The notes beneath the pieces are model-generated. The model was not told the origin of the DNA and did not search any database. It was given only the letters and a program-made list of their open reading frames with translations. A DNA stretch of 63,875 bases, counting the filler, from Actinomycetota bacterium (lineage in GTDB: Bacteria; Actinomycetota; Acidimicrobiia; IMCC26256; VFJJ01): assembly GCA_009886115.1 (NCBI GenBank). It is 5 parts of 5 records of this genome, joined end to end, with 100 filler letters (N's around TTAATTAATTAA, not from the genome) between each part and the next. Parts side by side here need not be neighbours in the genome. Positions count along the whole stretch, not along the records: positions 1 to 11,096 come from VFJJ01000061.1; positions 11,197 to 39,741 come from VFJJ01000012.1; 3 more parts are not named here. One strand, given 5' to 3'. Below are positions 8,826 through 19,076 of this stretch, piece after piece (position 1 is the stretch's first letter; every line of letters starts with the position of its first letter). The position numbers were made by a program, and so were the translations under genes.

Positions 8826-11096
8826 CTGCGATCTCCGACGCCACCGGCGCAGCGACGCCTGGTTGGAAACGGCGCAGGCGCAGGCTGTTGGAGACCACGA
8901 AGACCGATGAGAACGCCATGGCCGCGCCGGCGATCAGCGGGTTCAGGTACCCCGAGGCGGCGAGCGGGATGGCCGCCACGTTGTAGGCGAAAGCCCAGAA
9001 CAGGTTGCCCTTGATGATCGCCAGGGTGTGTCGGGACAGACGGATCGCGTCAGCCGCCGCGTGGAGATCGCCCGACATGAGGGTGAGGTCGCTCGCCTCG
9101 ATGGCGACGTCGGCACCGGTGCCCATGGCCAGGCCCAGGTCGGCCTGAGCCAACGCAGCGGCGTCGTTCACGCCGTCGCCGACCATGGCGACGACCTTCC
9201 CGCGGGCCTGCAGGCCCTTGACGACATCGACCTTGTCTGCGGGGAGCACCTCGGCGACGACGTCGTCGATCCCGACGGCGGCCGCAACCGTGCGGGCCGT
9301 CGTGGCGTTGTCGCCGGTGAGCAGTACGGGCGTGAGGCCCAGCTCTCGCAGACGCCGGACGGCCGCAGCGCTGGTGTCCCGGGGCGTGTCGGCCACGCTG
9401 AGCACGGCCCGAGCCTGTCCGTCCCACGCCGCCAGCACCACCGTGCGCCCCTGGGCTTCGGCGTCGGCGCTCGTGCGGGTCAGATCGTCGGGCACGGGGA
9501 TCGAGCGCTCGACGAGGAGGGCCATGCGTCCAGCGACGACCGCACGGCCCTCGACGACACCTTCGACGCCCAGCCCGGCCCGGTTGGCGAAGCCTTCGAC
9601 GGCGGGCAGCGGTCCCTGCTCGAGCGCGGCCCGGGCGATGGCTCGCGCCACCGGATGCTCGCTCGCGGCCTCGAGCGCCCCCACGATCCGCAGAGCCTCA
9701 GCCCGATCGACATCGAGGGGGGTCACGATGTCGATCAGCGTCATCACCCCGGTGGTGACGGTGCCGGTCTTGTCGAGCACGATCGTGTCGACGCGTCGGG
9801 TGCTCTCGAGCACCTCGAGCCCGCGGATGATGATGCCGAGTTGGGCGCCCCGACCCGTCCCCACCATCAGCGCCGTGGGCGTCGCCAGACCCAGCGCGCA
9901 GGGGCAGGCGATGATGAGCACGGCGACCGCGGCCGAGAAGGCCATCGAGGAGCTCTCGCCGCGGGCCAGCCAGAATCCCAAGGTGGCCAAGGCCAGCCCG
10001 ATCACGACGGGGACGAACACCGCCGAGACCCGGTCGGCCAGACGTTGGATGGCGGCCTTGCCCGACTGGGCCTCGCTCACCAAGCGGCCGATCTGCGCCA
10101 GGGCGGTGTCGGCGCCGACCCGGCTGGCCCGCACGACGAGCCGGCCGCCCGCGTTCACCGTGGCGCCGATCACGCTGTCGCCGGGCCCCACCTCGGTCGG
10201 CACCGATTCGCCGGTCACCAACGAGGCATCGATCGCCGACGTGCCCGACTCGACCACACCGTCGGACGCGACCTTCTCCCCCGGGCGCACGACGAAACGG
10301 TCACCCACGGCCAACTGCCCGACCGGGATTCGACGCTCCTCGCCCGACGGGCTGAGGACCGCGACGTCCTTGGCGCCGAGCTCGAGGAGCGAACGCAGCG
10401 CCGCTCCGGCACGTCGCTTCGCCCGGGCCTCGAAGAAGCGCCCGGCGAGCATGAAGGTGGTGACGGCCGACGCCACCTCGAGATACAGGTACTCGCCATC
10501 GGATGAGCGCGACAGCCCGAGCCCCGTCGACATCTCCATGTCGGCGCGGCCCGCGTCTCCGAAGAACAACGCCCACAACGAGTAGCCGTAGGCGGCGAGC
10601 GTTCCCACGGAGATCAGGGTGTCCATGGTGGCTGCGCGGTGGCGGAGGTTCTTGGCCGCGGCCCGATGGAACGGCAACGCGCCCCACACCACGACCGGGC
10701 TCGTGAGCGTGAGCACGAGCCACTGCCAGTTGCGGAACTGCAGGGGCGAGATCATCGACAGCGCCAGGGCCGGCACGGTGAGGACGGCCGACACGACCAG
10801 GCGCTCGAGGAGCTCTGCGGCATGTCGCTCGGCCGGGGAGTGGCCCGGCGCCGGGTCGGGCCCGTCGACCGTGGCGGGCCGCGCCGGGGACACGGCTCCG
10901 TACCCGAGCGACTCGACCGCAGCAACGAGGCCCCGCGTGTCGAGCGCCGACGGGTCGAAGCGGACGCGGGCCATCTCGGTGGCGTAGTTCACCGTGGCCT
11001 CGACACCGGGCTGCTGGTTGAGATGCTTCTCGATCCGAGCTGCGCACGAGGCACAGGTCATGCCCGTGACCACCAGCTCGACGGTCTCCGTGACGG
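8794..11096 (-). CDS. Heavy-metal translocating P1B-type ATPase (Cu+-type), 5' end lost in gap
   Basis: GMTCASC HMA domain, TGES, CPCALG, DKTGT, HP, GDGVNDA, YN and MAFSS motifs. Confidence 0.93.
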
Positions 11097-11196
11097 NNNN
11101 NNNNNNNNNNNNNNNNNNNNNNNNNNNNNNNNNNNNNNNNTTAATTAATTAANNNNNNNNNNNNNNNNNNNNNNNNNNNNNNNNNNNNNNNNNNNN
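11097..11196. other. Artificial contig-joining linker
   Basis: N-run + TTAATTAATTAA + N-run, 100 nt; same structure at four sites. Confidence 0.97.
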
Positions 11197-11199
11197 ATT

Positions 11200-11236
11200 T
11201 GTGCAGAAATCGTCGCCGAGCGACGATTTCTGCACA
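11200..11236. repeat. REP-like perfect palindrome (17-bp arms, 3-nt loop); possible terminator for the sulfatase
   Basis: TGTGCAGAAATCGTCGC-CGA-GCGACGATTTCTGCACA. Related to 51281-51331. Confidence 0.85.
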
Positions 11237-11243
11237 CAGAACG

Positions 11244-12779
11244 TCAGACCGGGGCTTCGACCCTCCTGCGGGGCCGGCGCATCGGGGGTTGATGGTCCCA
11301 GAGATCGGCGAGCAGGTCGCTCTTCAACGACGCCAGCGACGGGTCGTCCCACCGGTTGATGCGTTGGAGCGGATCGTCGACGAGGTCGTAGAGCTCGCCC
11401 TCCGTACCGTCGTGGCTGTACCCCGGCTGGTAGGTCGTGCACACCCATCCCTGCCGGGTGATCGTGCGCAGGTGCACCGCGATGCCGAAGAGCTCGCTGT
11501 CCCACTCGGTGAGCACGCGCTCGAAACCCCGGGCATCTGCGTCAGCGTCGCTCGACGGCAACGGTCGGCCCTCCATCCACGGCGGGACGGCGAGACCGGC
11601 GATGGCGCAGAAGGTCGGAGCCAGGTCGATCAGCCCGACCGGTCGCCGCACCGTGGCCGGAGCGGTCGCAGCCGTCGGCGCCGGGCTCCAGATCAGCGGC
11701 AGCCGCATCAACCCGTCGACGTGGTACGGCCCTTTGAACAGCAGACCGAAGTCACCCTGGAGCTCGCCGTGATCGGTGGTGTACACGACATCCAGATCGT
11801 CGGCCCACCCCCGGGAGGCGATCGCGCCGAGCACGCGGCCGAGGGCCTCGTCGATCAGCTCGCACTCGACGGCGTTGCGGGCGTTGACTTCCCGGACCTG
11901 ATCGATCGTGAGCGTTGCGGGCACCCACGCCGCCGGTGCCTCGTAGTTCGACACCACGGTGCCGTCGTACCAGGCCCGCCAGTGCCGGGGCTTGGCGTCG
12001 AGCACCCGCTCGCGCTCGGCGGCATCGGCGAGATACCCCGCCGGTGCGGGCACGTCACGCCACGGCACCCGAGCCAACTCCGAGGCCGGCGGGTCCCACG
12101 GATGATGGGGATCGGGGAAGCTCATCCAGCAGAACCAGTCGTCGTCGGCGGCGAGCGAATCGAGCCACGCGATCGTGCGGTCGGCCACCCAGTCGGTGTG
12201 GTAGCAGTCCCGCGGGACCGGATTGTCGTGCACCTGCGGCGCTCCGGTATCTCCACCGCCGATGGCGTTCACCTCCAACGACCCGTCGAGCACCGGGTAG
12301 AACATCGCCACCATCTCCGGGTGGGTGCCGGCCAGCCACCGCGCGTAGTGGAGCGGGCCGGCGGCGGTGTGGGTGGCCGCTTCGAAGTGCTCGAAGCCCC
12401 GATGGAGCCCGTGCATGCCGTCGCGGGCGAAACGGTTCTCGGCGAAGCGCCCGAAGGGGTCGAGGAAGGGCTCGAAGTGCGGCTTGCCGATGATCGCCGT
12501 CCGGTAGCCCGCGTCGTGCAGCACCGCCGCGACCGACGGCGCCTCCACCGGTAACGGAACGCCGTTCATCCAGACACCGTGGGTGCTCGGCGACTGCCCG
12601 GTGATCATCGTCGAGCGCGACGGCATGCACACCACCGACTGCGGATGCGCTCGTTCGTAGCGATAACCCCGGGCGGCCAGACGATCGACGACCGGCGTGC
12701 GGCTGAGCGTGCCGCCGTTGCAGCCCAAGGTGTCGTAGCGCTGTTGGTCGGTCGTGACGAACAAGATCTTGCGACCCAT
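11244..12779 (-). CDS. Sulfatase (formylglycine-dependent, Cys-type)
   Basis: TTDQQR, CMPSR (CxPxR) followed by ITG, GKPH, PDPHHP, TTDHGE. Confidence 0.92.
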   Translation of the reverse strand: MGRKILFVTTDQQRYDTLGCNGGTLSRTPVVDRLAARGYRYERAHPQSVVCMPSRSTMITGQSPSTHGVWMNGVPLPVEAPSVAAVLHDAGYRTAIIGKPHFEPFLDPFGRFAENRFARDGMHGLHRGFEHFEAATHTAAGPLHYARWLAGTHPEMVAMFYPVLDGSLEVNAIGGGDTGAPQVHDNPVPRDCYHTDWVADRTIAWLDSLAADDDWFCWMSFPDPHHPWDPPASELARVPWRDVPAPAGYLADAAERERVLDAKPRHWRAWYDGTVVSNYEAPAAWVPATLTIDQVREVNARNAVECELIDEALGRVLGAIASRGWADDLDVVYTTDHGELQGDFGLLFKGPYHVDGLMRLPLIWSPAPTAATAPATVRRPVGLIDLAPTFCAIAGLAVPPWMEGRPLPSSDADADARGFERVLTEWDSELFGIAVHLRTITRQGWVCTTYQPGYSHDGTEGELYDLVDDPLQRINRWDDPSLASLKSDLLADLWDHQPPMRRPRRRVEAPV

Positions 12780-13243
12780 CAGGTGTCCTCCGTGACTGTG
12801 CCCACGGTGTCCACGGTGCCCACGGTGCCCGCGGTGTCGTCGCCGATGTCACGCAGCGGGAACCGTCGGCCCAGCTCGTCGAGCGCTCCGGCAGTGCCGG
12901 CACCGATCATGAGCGCCATCGTGCGGGGATCGGCTTCGGTGGAATACACGACGAGGCACGACGAGTCGTCGAGCGCGATCACGTCGATCGTCCCACGATG
13001 GTGGCGAAACAGCGGTGCCGTCACCCGGTACTGGAACCGCCGCTGCAGGGAATCGTTGACGAGGATCTCCTCGGGGAGCACCAGCCCCGCACCGGTCGTG
13101 ATGACCCGGGTCGTGCCGGTCACCTCGCAGCCCACGATGCCGGGGAACCATTCGTGCAGCCGCGCCGGATCGCCAACGAGCGCCCACACCTCGGCGGCCG
13201 GACGGGGCAGTCGAGCCTCGTGGCGGATCGAACCCAGCGTCAT
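12779..13243 (-). CDS. SRPBCC (polyketide cyclase/dehydrase) family protein
   Basis: PAAEVWALVGDPARLHEWFPGI. C-terminal 9-bp repeats (12798-12838). Stop overlaps the sulfatase start. Confidence 0.82.
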   Translation of the reverse strand: MTLGSIRHEARLPRPAAEVWALVGDPARLHEWFPGIVGCEVTGTTRVITTGAGLVLPEEILVNDSLQRRFQYRVTAPLFRHHRGTIDVIALDDSSCLVVYSTEADPRTMALMIGAGTAGALDELGRRFPLRDIGDDTAGTVGTVDTVGTVTEDT

Positions 13244-13380
13244 GGCAGACCCATGTCTCAACAGTATCGGCGTCTCCCACCGAGACGTGGCGTGACGGGT
13301 GGGCGCGTAGTCTCGCGGCCTGCAGGGCCCGGCGACCTGACGGGCGACGGTACGGACCGAGCCCCCGAGCGGAGGATCCC

Positions 13381-14577
13381 ATGAGCGCCTTGAACCCCAA
13401 AGATGTCGTGATCGTCGATGCCGTGCGCTCGGCCGTCGGCAAGCGCAACGGAACGCTGGCTCGGACGCATCCGACCGAGTTGCTCGCCCGGGTGCTCACG
13501 GGACTGCTCGAGCGGACGGGTCTCGACCCGGGAGCGGTCGGCCAGGTCGTCGGCGGATGCGTGAACCAGGTGGGAATGCAGGCTTCGAACGTCATCCGCA
13601 CGGCGTGGCTCACCGCCGGCTTGCCCGTCGAGGTCGCGGCCACCACCACGAACGTGCAGTGCGGATCGGCTCAACAGTCGCACACCCTGGCCCACGGCCT
13701 CGTCGGCAGCGGGATCGTCGACATCGCCATCGCCTGCGGCGTCGAGAGCATGAGCGGTGTCCCGATGGGATCGACGATCCCGCGCGACCCCGATGTCGGC
13801 TCCCCGCGCAGCGACCGGTACGCCGAGCGCTACGAGGTCACGAGCCAGTTCCAGGGCGCCGATCGCATCGCCACCGATTGGGGGGTGTCGCGTGATGCGC
13901 TCGACGCATTCGGAGCCCGGTCACAGCACCTGGCTGCCCAGGCGTGGAACGAGAGCCGTTTCGACGGCCAGATCGTGCCCGTCGAGGTCGCCGTCGTCGA
14001 CGATCATGGAGCCGTCACCGGTGCCGTCACCTTCGAGCGGGACGAGTGTCTCCGGGCCACCTCCCTCGCGGCGTTGGCCGGCCTCCGTACGAACTTGTCC
14101 GACCCCGACGCGCGTCACACCGCCGGGACGTCGTCTCAGATCGCCGACGGCGCCGGGGCGGTGCTGCTCACCACGGCCCAGCGAGCGGCCGAGCTCGGGC
14201 TCACCCCGCGGGCGCGCGTCGTGGCCTCGTGCCTGGTGGGGAGCGATCCGGTGTACATGCTCACGGGGCCCATGCCGGCGACCCGTGAGCTCCTGAAGCG
14301 GTCGGGACTCGACCTCGACGACATCGACGTCTTCGAGGTCAACGAGGCGTTCGCCTCGGTCGTGCTGGCCTGGGCCAAGGAGCTCGGACCAGACATCGAG
14401 CGGGTGAACCCCAACGGTGGCGCCATCGCCCTGGGCCATCCGCTCGGAGCGACGGGCGCCGTGCTCATCACCAAGGCGCTCGGCGAGCTGGAGCGAACAG
14501 GCGGCCGGTACGGGCTGGTCTCGATGTGCTGCGGGGGCGGGCTGGGTACCGGCACCATCATCGAACGCCTGGGGTGA
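13381..14577 (+). CDS. Acetyl-CoA acyltransferase (thiolase, steroid 3-ketoacyl-CoA thiolase-like)
   Basis: QCGS active Cys, NEAF, GAIALGHPLGATG, MCCGGGLG. Confidence 0.92.
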   Translation: MSALNPKDVVIVDAVRSAVGKRNGTLARTHPTELLARVLTGLLERTGLDPGAVGQVVGGCVNQVGMQASNVIRTAWLTAGLPVEVAATTTNVQCGSAQQSHTLAHGLVGSGIVDIAIACGVESMSGVPMGSTIPRDPDVGSPRSDRYAERYEVTSQFQGADRIATDWGVSRDALDAFGARSQHLAAQAWNESRFDGQIVPVEVAVVDDHGAVTGAVTFERDECLRATSLAALAGLRTNLSDPDARHTAGTSSQIADGAGAVLLTTAQRAAELGLTPRARVVASCLVGSDPVYMLTGPMPATRELLKRSGLDLDDIDVFEVNEAFASVVLAWAKELGPDIERVNPNGGAIALGHPLGATGAVLITKALGELERTGGRYGLVSMCCGGGLGTGTIIERLG

Positions 14578-14655
14578 GGCTCGGCGCCTGTTGCACGCAG
14601 CGCCGAGCGCGGCCACGTGCGACGCCAGGCAGCGCCGGGGGGCCTCAGGCGCGCG

Positions 14656-15780
14656 TCAAGCGGGCGGATCGCTCACGTGGGGGAACAATTCCTTGAACGC
14701 CCCCTGGGTGATGCGCTGGCGCACCTCGGGAGCCACACCGTCGACGAGCTCGTGCAGGGTCTTTTGTGAATGCCCGTACGTGCCTTCGATGTGCGGATAG
14801 TCGCTGCCCCACATCACGTTCTGGTACCCCATCGCCCACATCGCAGCCGGTGCTGTTTCGTCGTGCTGGAACGAGGTGTACACCTGCTCGTACAGGTACT
14901 CCTTGGGCAGACGGGCCAAGGGAGGACGGACGAACATGGCGTGCTGGCGGTAGGCCTCGTTCATGCGGTCTCCGATGAACGGCACCCACGAGGCCCCTCC
15001 CTCCGAGACCAGGACCCTGAGCCTGGGGTGGCGCTCGAGCGCGCCGCTGGCCACGAGCTTCATGGCCGCGTACTGACCGCCGTAGGTGGTCTCCACGTAG
15101 TTGAGGATCGCGCCGCCAGGCCCCCGAAAACGCGACGCCTGATCGCCGCCGTCGGTGCCGATGTGGAAGCCGACGACCATCCCGGCCTCTTCGGCCGCGG
15201 CCCACAAAGGTTCCCAGGAAGCGTCGTTGTAGTCACGCGTGCCTGCCGGGTGGCCGGTGGGAAGGCTCACGAGGTGCAGCCCGACCTCGGCCGCGTGCTG
15301 TAACTCGGCCACTGCGTCGCCAACGTCGAGCATCGGCATGAGCGCGGCGGGAACGAGACGATCGGGAGCTTTGGCCTGGACCTCCGATGCCAGCCATTCG
15401 TTCTCGGCCCGGGCAGCGTCGCGGATGAGCTGCGGGTCTTCGATGAGCGAGCACCAGAGACCGATCGACTGGTACATGACCTCGGCCCAGATGCCCTCGC
15501 CGTCGAGATCCTCCAAACGCAACGAGATGTCGCGCGAACCCGGGGGACGGTGTGACATCTCGGCGATCGTCTCGCCGGTTGCGCCCCGGGCCGTGAAGAT
15601 CTTCGGGAGCGGGCGGCGAAAGCTCGTGCCGTCGACGGTGACGAGCTCCTCGTTGTCGCCGATGGATTCGGTGCGCGGCATGCGATCGGCTTGCTTCTTG
15701 GGCAGGATCTGATGCCACAGATCGGCCGGCTCGAGGAAGTGTGAGTCTCCGGAGTGGGCCCAGATCTTGTCGTTGTCCAT
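14656..15780 (-). CDS. Amidohydrolase family 2 protein
   Basis: SGDSHFLEP, FHIGT, SEGGASW, WGSDYPH. Confidence 0.88.
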   Translation of the reverse strand: MDNDKIWAHSGDSHFLEPADLWHQILPKKQADRMPRTESIGDNEELVTVDGTSFRRPLPKIFTARGATGETIAEMSHRPPGSRDISLRLEDLDGEGIWAEVMYQSIGLWCSLIEDPQLIRDAARAENEWLASEVQAKAPDRLVPAALMPMLDVGDAVAELQHAAEVGLHLVSLPTGHPAGTRDYNDASWEPLWAAAEEAGMVVGFHIGTDGGDQASRFRGPGGAILNYVETTYGGQYAAMKLVASGALERHPRLRVLVSEGGASWVPFIGDRMNEAYRQHAMFVRPPLARLPKEYLYEQVYTSFQHDETAPAAMWAMGYQNVMWGSDYPHIEGTYGHSQKTLHELVDGVAPEVRQRITQGAFKELFPHVSDPPA

Positions 15781-15901
15781 CGCATGACCCTTTGCCTAGC
15801 CACTCCCGATGCGTCGGGGTGAGCCAATCCCTCTCGATCGTACCTCGGAGAATTCCCGGGCCGGAGTTGTGGCTCAGGTGAGGGGCGTGGAACGTTGTGA
15901 C

Positions 15902-15970
15902 CCCGATCACCCGATCGCCCCTTCACCCGATCACCCGATCGCCCCTTCACCCGATCACCCGGTCACCCAG
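15902..15970. repeat. 24-bp tandem repeat (x2.5) built from CCCGATCA-type 8-mers, in a divergent intergenic region
   Basis: CCCGATCACCCGATCGCCCCTTCA at 15902 and 15926, partial at 15950. Confidence 0.9.
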
Positions 15971-15983
15971 CGACAGGAACGCC

Positions 15984-16481
15984 ATGGCCAGCGCGGCCGA
16001 CGCAACCAGCGACGAGGAGCTCGTGACCCGCTTCCCAGGGTTTCCCGTCGACTTCGACAGCGCTGCGCACTATCGGGGACGGTTGACGCGCCGGCTCCTG
16101 GTGAACCGGTGCGACGCCTGTGGCATCTGGCACCAGCCCCCGAAGCCCGTGTGCCCGGCGTGCTGGTCGAGCGCCGTGGAGGCCCGCCGAGTTTCCGGCG
16201 CCGGCACCGTCCATCTCGTGGTGTTCTTGCACCAGGGGCCACCGGCGACCGGCGTCGACTACGCGACGCCGTACCCCGTCGTGACGGTCGAGCTCGACGA
16301 GCAACCAGGGCTGCGACTCACGAGCACCATCGTGGGCAGCCGCAACGATGCCATCGTCATCGGTCGCCGCGTCACGCTCGACTGGATCGAGCGTGACGGC
16401 ACGCCCCTGCCCGTGTTCCGCCTCGTCGACCAGCAGCCGCGCTCGACGGACACCGCAGGCGATGCAGGCGCGGCCCGATGA
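15984..16481 (+). CDS. DUF35 Zn-ribbon/OB-fold protein
   Basis: CDACG..HQPPKPVCPAC plus VTVELDEQPGLRL. Confidence 0.88.
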   Translation: MASAADATSDEELVTRFPGFPVDFDSAAHYRGRLTRRLLVNRCDACGIWHQPPKPVCPACWSSAVEARRVSGAGTVHLVVFLHQGPPATGVDYATPYPVVTVELDEQPGLRLTSTIVGSRNDAIVIGRRVTLDWIERDGTPLPVFRLVDQQPRSTDTAGDAGAAR

Positions 16482-17650
16482 TCAGCGCCCGCAATCCCAT
16501 GAAGGACAAGGTCGCCATCGCCGGCGCGGCGACCACGGGCTTCACCCCTCACAACAGCGGCCGCAGCCAGGCGTCGTTCGTGGCCGAGGCGAGCATCCGG
16601 GTGCTGCACGAGTGCGGGCTCACCGCCGCCGATGTCGACGGCATCTGCGGCTCCACCCCTTCGGCGGCAAGCGTCCAGAAGATGCTCGGCATTCCCGATG
16701 TCACCTGGTTCGCAAACCCCTCGATCCCGTTCGTCAACCATCTGGCTGCGGCAGCCAGCGCTGTGCACAGCGGCCTCTGCGAGACGGTCCTCGTCTACCA
16801 CGGCGCGTATCGCCTGCCCTGGAACACAGCGTCGTCGCTGCGCGACCCGTTCCGGCGGCGCTCGACCATGGGGCTGGGCCTCGGCGGGCCCGGCCCTGAG
16901 ACCATCGCCGGGGCCGTCGGTTACACGGCATGGGCATCGCGCTACATGCACGAGCACGGCGTACCCAAGGAGCACTTCGGATTGGTGGCCATCAACGACC
17001 GCACCAACGCCGCGCAGAATCCCGCAGCGGCAATGCGTGAACCGATCACGATGGACGACTACCTGACCGCTCGCATGATCCGCTGGCCCCTGTGCCTGTT
17101 CGACATGGACGTTCCCGTCGACGGCGCCGACGCCTTCGTGGTCACCACGGCCGAGCGGGCTCGTGATCTCCCCCACCCGCCCGTGCTCGTGCACGCCGCA
17201 GCACTCGGGATGATCGACCTCAACGAAGAAGACCAGACTCCCGGCCTCGGCCGCCACGGCCAGCACGTCACCGTCGAGGCGCTGAAGGCCAAGAGCGACT
17301 TCTGGATCGATGACATCGACGTCTATTTCCCCTACGACGGCTTCACGATCATCACGCTCAACTGGTTCGAGAACGCCGGGTTCTGCGGGCCCGGTGAGGC
17401 CGGGGCGTTCATCGAGGAGCACTGGGACGCGGCATCGAACCGCATCCTCATCAACGGGCGAATCCCTGTGAACCCCCACGGGGGCTCGCTCTCCGAGGGA
17501 GCCACCCAAGGTTCGGGCCATGTTCGGGAGGCCGTGCACCAGTTGCAGGGGCTCGCGGGCAGCCGCCAGGTGCCACACGCCCGCCGGGCCCTGGTCACCG
17601 CGGGCGGGTTCTTCTTCAACGCCCAGGGCGTGACCCTCAGGCGCGACTGA
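16478..17650 (+). CDS. SCP2/Ltp2-like thiolase-fold protein (probable aldolase; catalytic Cys apparently absent)
   Basis: VAIAG, DGADAFVV, YDGF, NPHGGSLSEG, EAVHQL. ATGA overlap with DUF35. Confidence 0.85.
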   Translation: MISARNPMKDKVAIAGAATTGFTPHNSGRSQASFVAEASIRVLHECGLTAADVDGICGSTPSAASVQKMLGIPDVTWFANPSIPFVNHLAAAASAVHSGLCETVLVYHGAYRLPWNTASSLRDPFRRRSTMGLGLGGPGPETIAGAVGYTAWASRYMHEHGVPKEHFGLVAINDRTNAAQNPAAAMREPITMDDYLTARMIRWPLCLFDMDVPVDGADAFVVTTAERARDLPHPPVLVHAAALGMIDLNEEDQTPGLGRHGQHVTVEALKAKSDFWIDDIDVYFPYDGFTIITLNWFENAGFCGPGEAGAFIEEHWDAASNRILINGRIPVNPHGGSLSEGATQGSGHVREAVHQLQGLAGSRQVPHARRALVTAGGFFFNAQGVTLRRD

Positions 17651-17722
17651 CTCCCCGGCGAAGCCCTCGACCCACCGCTAGCGCTAGCCCTGCGTTCCGC
17701 ACACGACCCATGGAGGCCACGA

Positions 17723-18592
17723 GTGAAACCAGCGCCGTTCGAGTACCACGCACCGACCACCGTCGACGAGGTGACAGGGTTGCTCGCGAGCCACGGCGGC
17801 GAAGCCAAGGTGCTCGCCGGGGGCCAGAGCCTGGTCCCGATGCTCAACCTTCGCCTGGCCCGGTTCGAGGCGTTGGTCGACATCGGCCGGGTCGATGCGC
17901 TGCGGACGGTCGCACGTGTGAACGGCCATCTTCGGATCGGTTCCATGGTGCGCCAATGCGATGTCGAGGAGAGTGCCGAGATCGGCGCCGCTGTCCCGCT
18001 CCTCGCCCGGGCCACACCCCACATCGGGCACTTCCAGATCCGTAGTCGTGGCACGGTCGGCGGATCGATCGCGCATGCCGATCCCGCGGCCGAATACCCC
18101 GCGGTGGCGCTGGCACTCGACGCCGACCTCGAGATCGCCGGCCCGAGCGGCACACGTGCGGTGACCGCTTCCACGTTCTTCACCGGGACGTGGGCCACGG
18201 TCCTCGAAGCCGACGAGGTCCTCATTGCTGTCCGCTTCCCCGTGTGGGGCGAAGAGTCCGGGTTCGCCGTCGACGAGGTGGCCCGCCGCCACGGAGACTT
18301 CGCTCTGGCCGGTACTGCGGTGGGCATCCAGCTTCGAGCCGGTGTCGTCGTCAGGGCCGCCATCGCGCTGTTCGGGTTGGCTTCGACGCCCGTACGAGCG
18401 GCCGCGGCCGAGGCGGCGCTCGTCGGCTCTGCAGTCGCCGGGCTCGATCTCGTCGGCATCGGGCACGCCGCCGTCGCCGGGCTCGATCCGCCCGAGGACC
18501 TGCACGCGTCCAGCGCGTTGCGCCGGCGGATCGGCGCAGCCACCGTCACCCGCGCTCTCGGGCGCGCCCTCGAGGAGGCAGGAGTTGCCTGA
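17723..18592 (+). CDS. Xanthine dehydrogenase family FAD-binding subunit (CoxM/CutM-like)
   Basis: MKPAPFEYHAP, LAGGQSL, QIRSRGTVGGS, ADPAAE. Confidence 0.92.
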   Translation: MKPAPFEYHAPTTVDEVTGLLASHGGEAKVLAGGQSLVPMLNLRLARFEALVDIGRVDALRTVARVNGHLRIGSMVRQCDVEESAEIGAAVPLLARATPHIGHFQIRSRGTVGGSIAHADPAAEYPAVALALDADLEIAGPSGTRAVTASTFFTGTWATVLEADEVLIAVRFPVWGEESGFAVDEVARRHGDFALAGTAVGIQLRAGVVVRAAIALFGLASTPVRAAAAEAALVGSAVAGLDLVGIGHAAVAGLDPPEDLHASSALRRRIGAATVTRALGRALEEAGVA

Positions 18593-18593
18593 G

Positions 18594-19076
18594 ATGAGCA
18601 CACACCTCGTCTCGATGACTGTCAACGGCATCGAGCGCCACGCCAGGGTCGAGCCCCGCAAGACCCTGGCCGACTTCCTCCGCGACGACTGCCGACTCAC
18701 CGGAACGCACCTCGGGTGCGAGCACGGGGTCTGCGGGGCCTGCACGGTGATGATCGACGGCCGGGCGACCCGTTCGTGCCTGGTGTTCGCGGTGCAGACC
18801 GAGGGGGGCCGGGTCACCACCGTCGAGGGGCTCGCGCCCGACGGCGAGCTCAACCCGGTCCAGGCTGCGTTCGAGGCCGAGCACGGCCTCCAGTGCGGGT
18901 TCTGCACCCCGGGGTTCGTGGTGTCGGCCACCGCCCTGCTCGAACGCAACCCCAGCCCGACCGACGACGAGATCCGTGAAGGCCTCTCCGGGAACCTCTG
19001 TCGATGCACGGGCTACCAGGGCATCCTGCGGGCCGTGCACCGGGCGGCGCAGAGCATGGGGGCGAGGCAGTCATGA
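18594..19076 (+). CDS. (2Fe-2S)-binding subunit (CoxS/CutS-like)
   Basis: GCEHGVCGAC, QCGFCTPG, NLCRCTGY. TTG 18585 is an alternative start. Confidence 0.93.
   Translation: MSTHLVSMTVNGIERHARVEPRKTLADFLRDDCRLTGTHLGCEHGVCGACTVMIDGRATRSCLVFAVQTEGGRVTTVEGLAPDGELNPVQAAFEAEHGLQCGFCTPGFVVSATALLERNPSPTDDEIREGLSGNLCRCTGYQGILRAVHRAAQSMGARQS

Noticed and set aside
11097..11196. TTAATTAATTAA palindrome flanked by Ns, four times in the window
   Set aside because: Artificial all-frame-stop linker joining contigs; not biological, and adjacency across it is uninformative.
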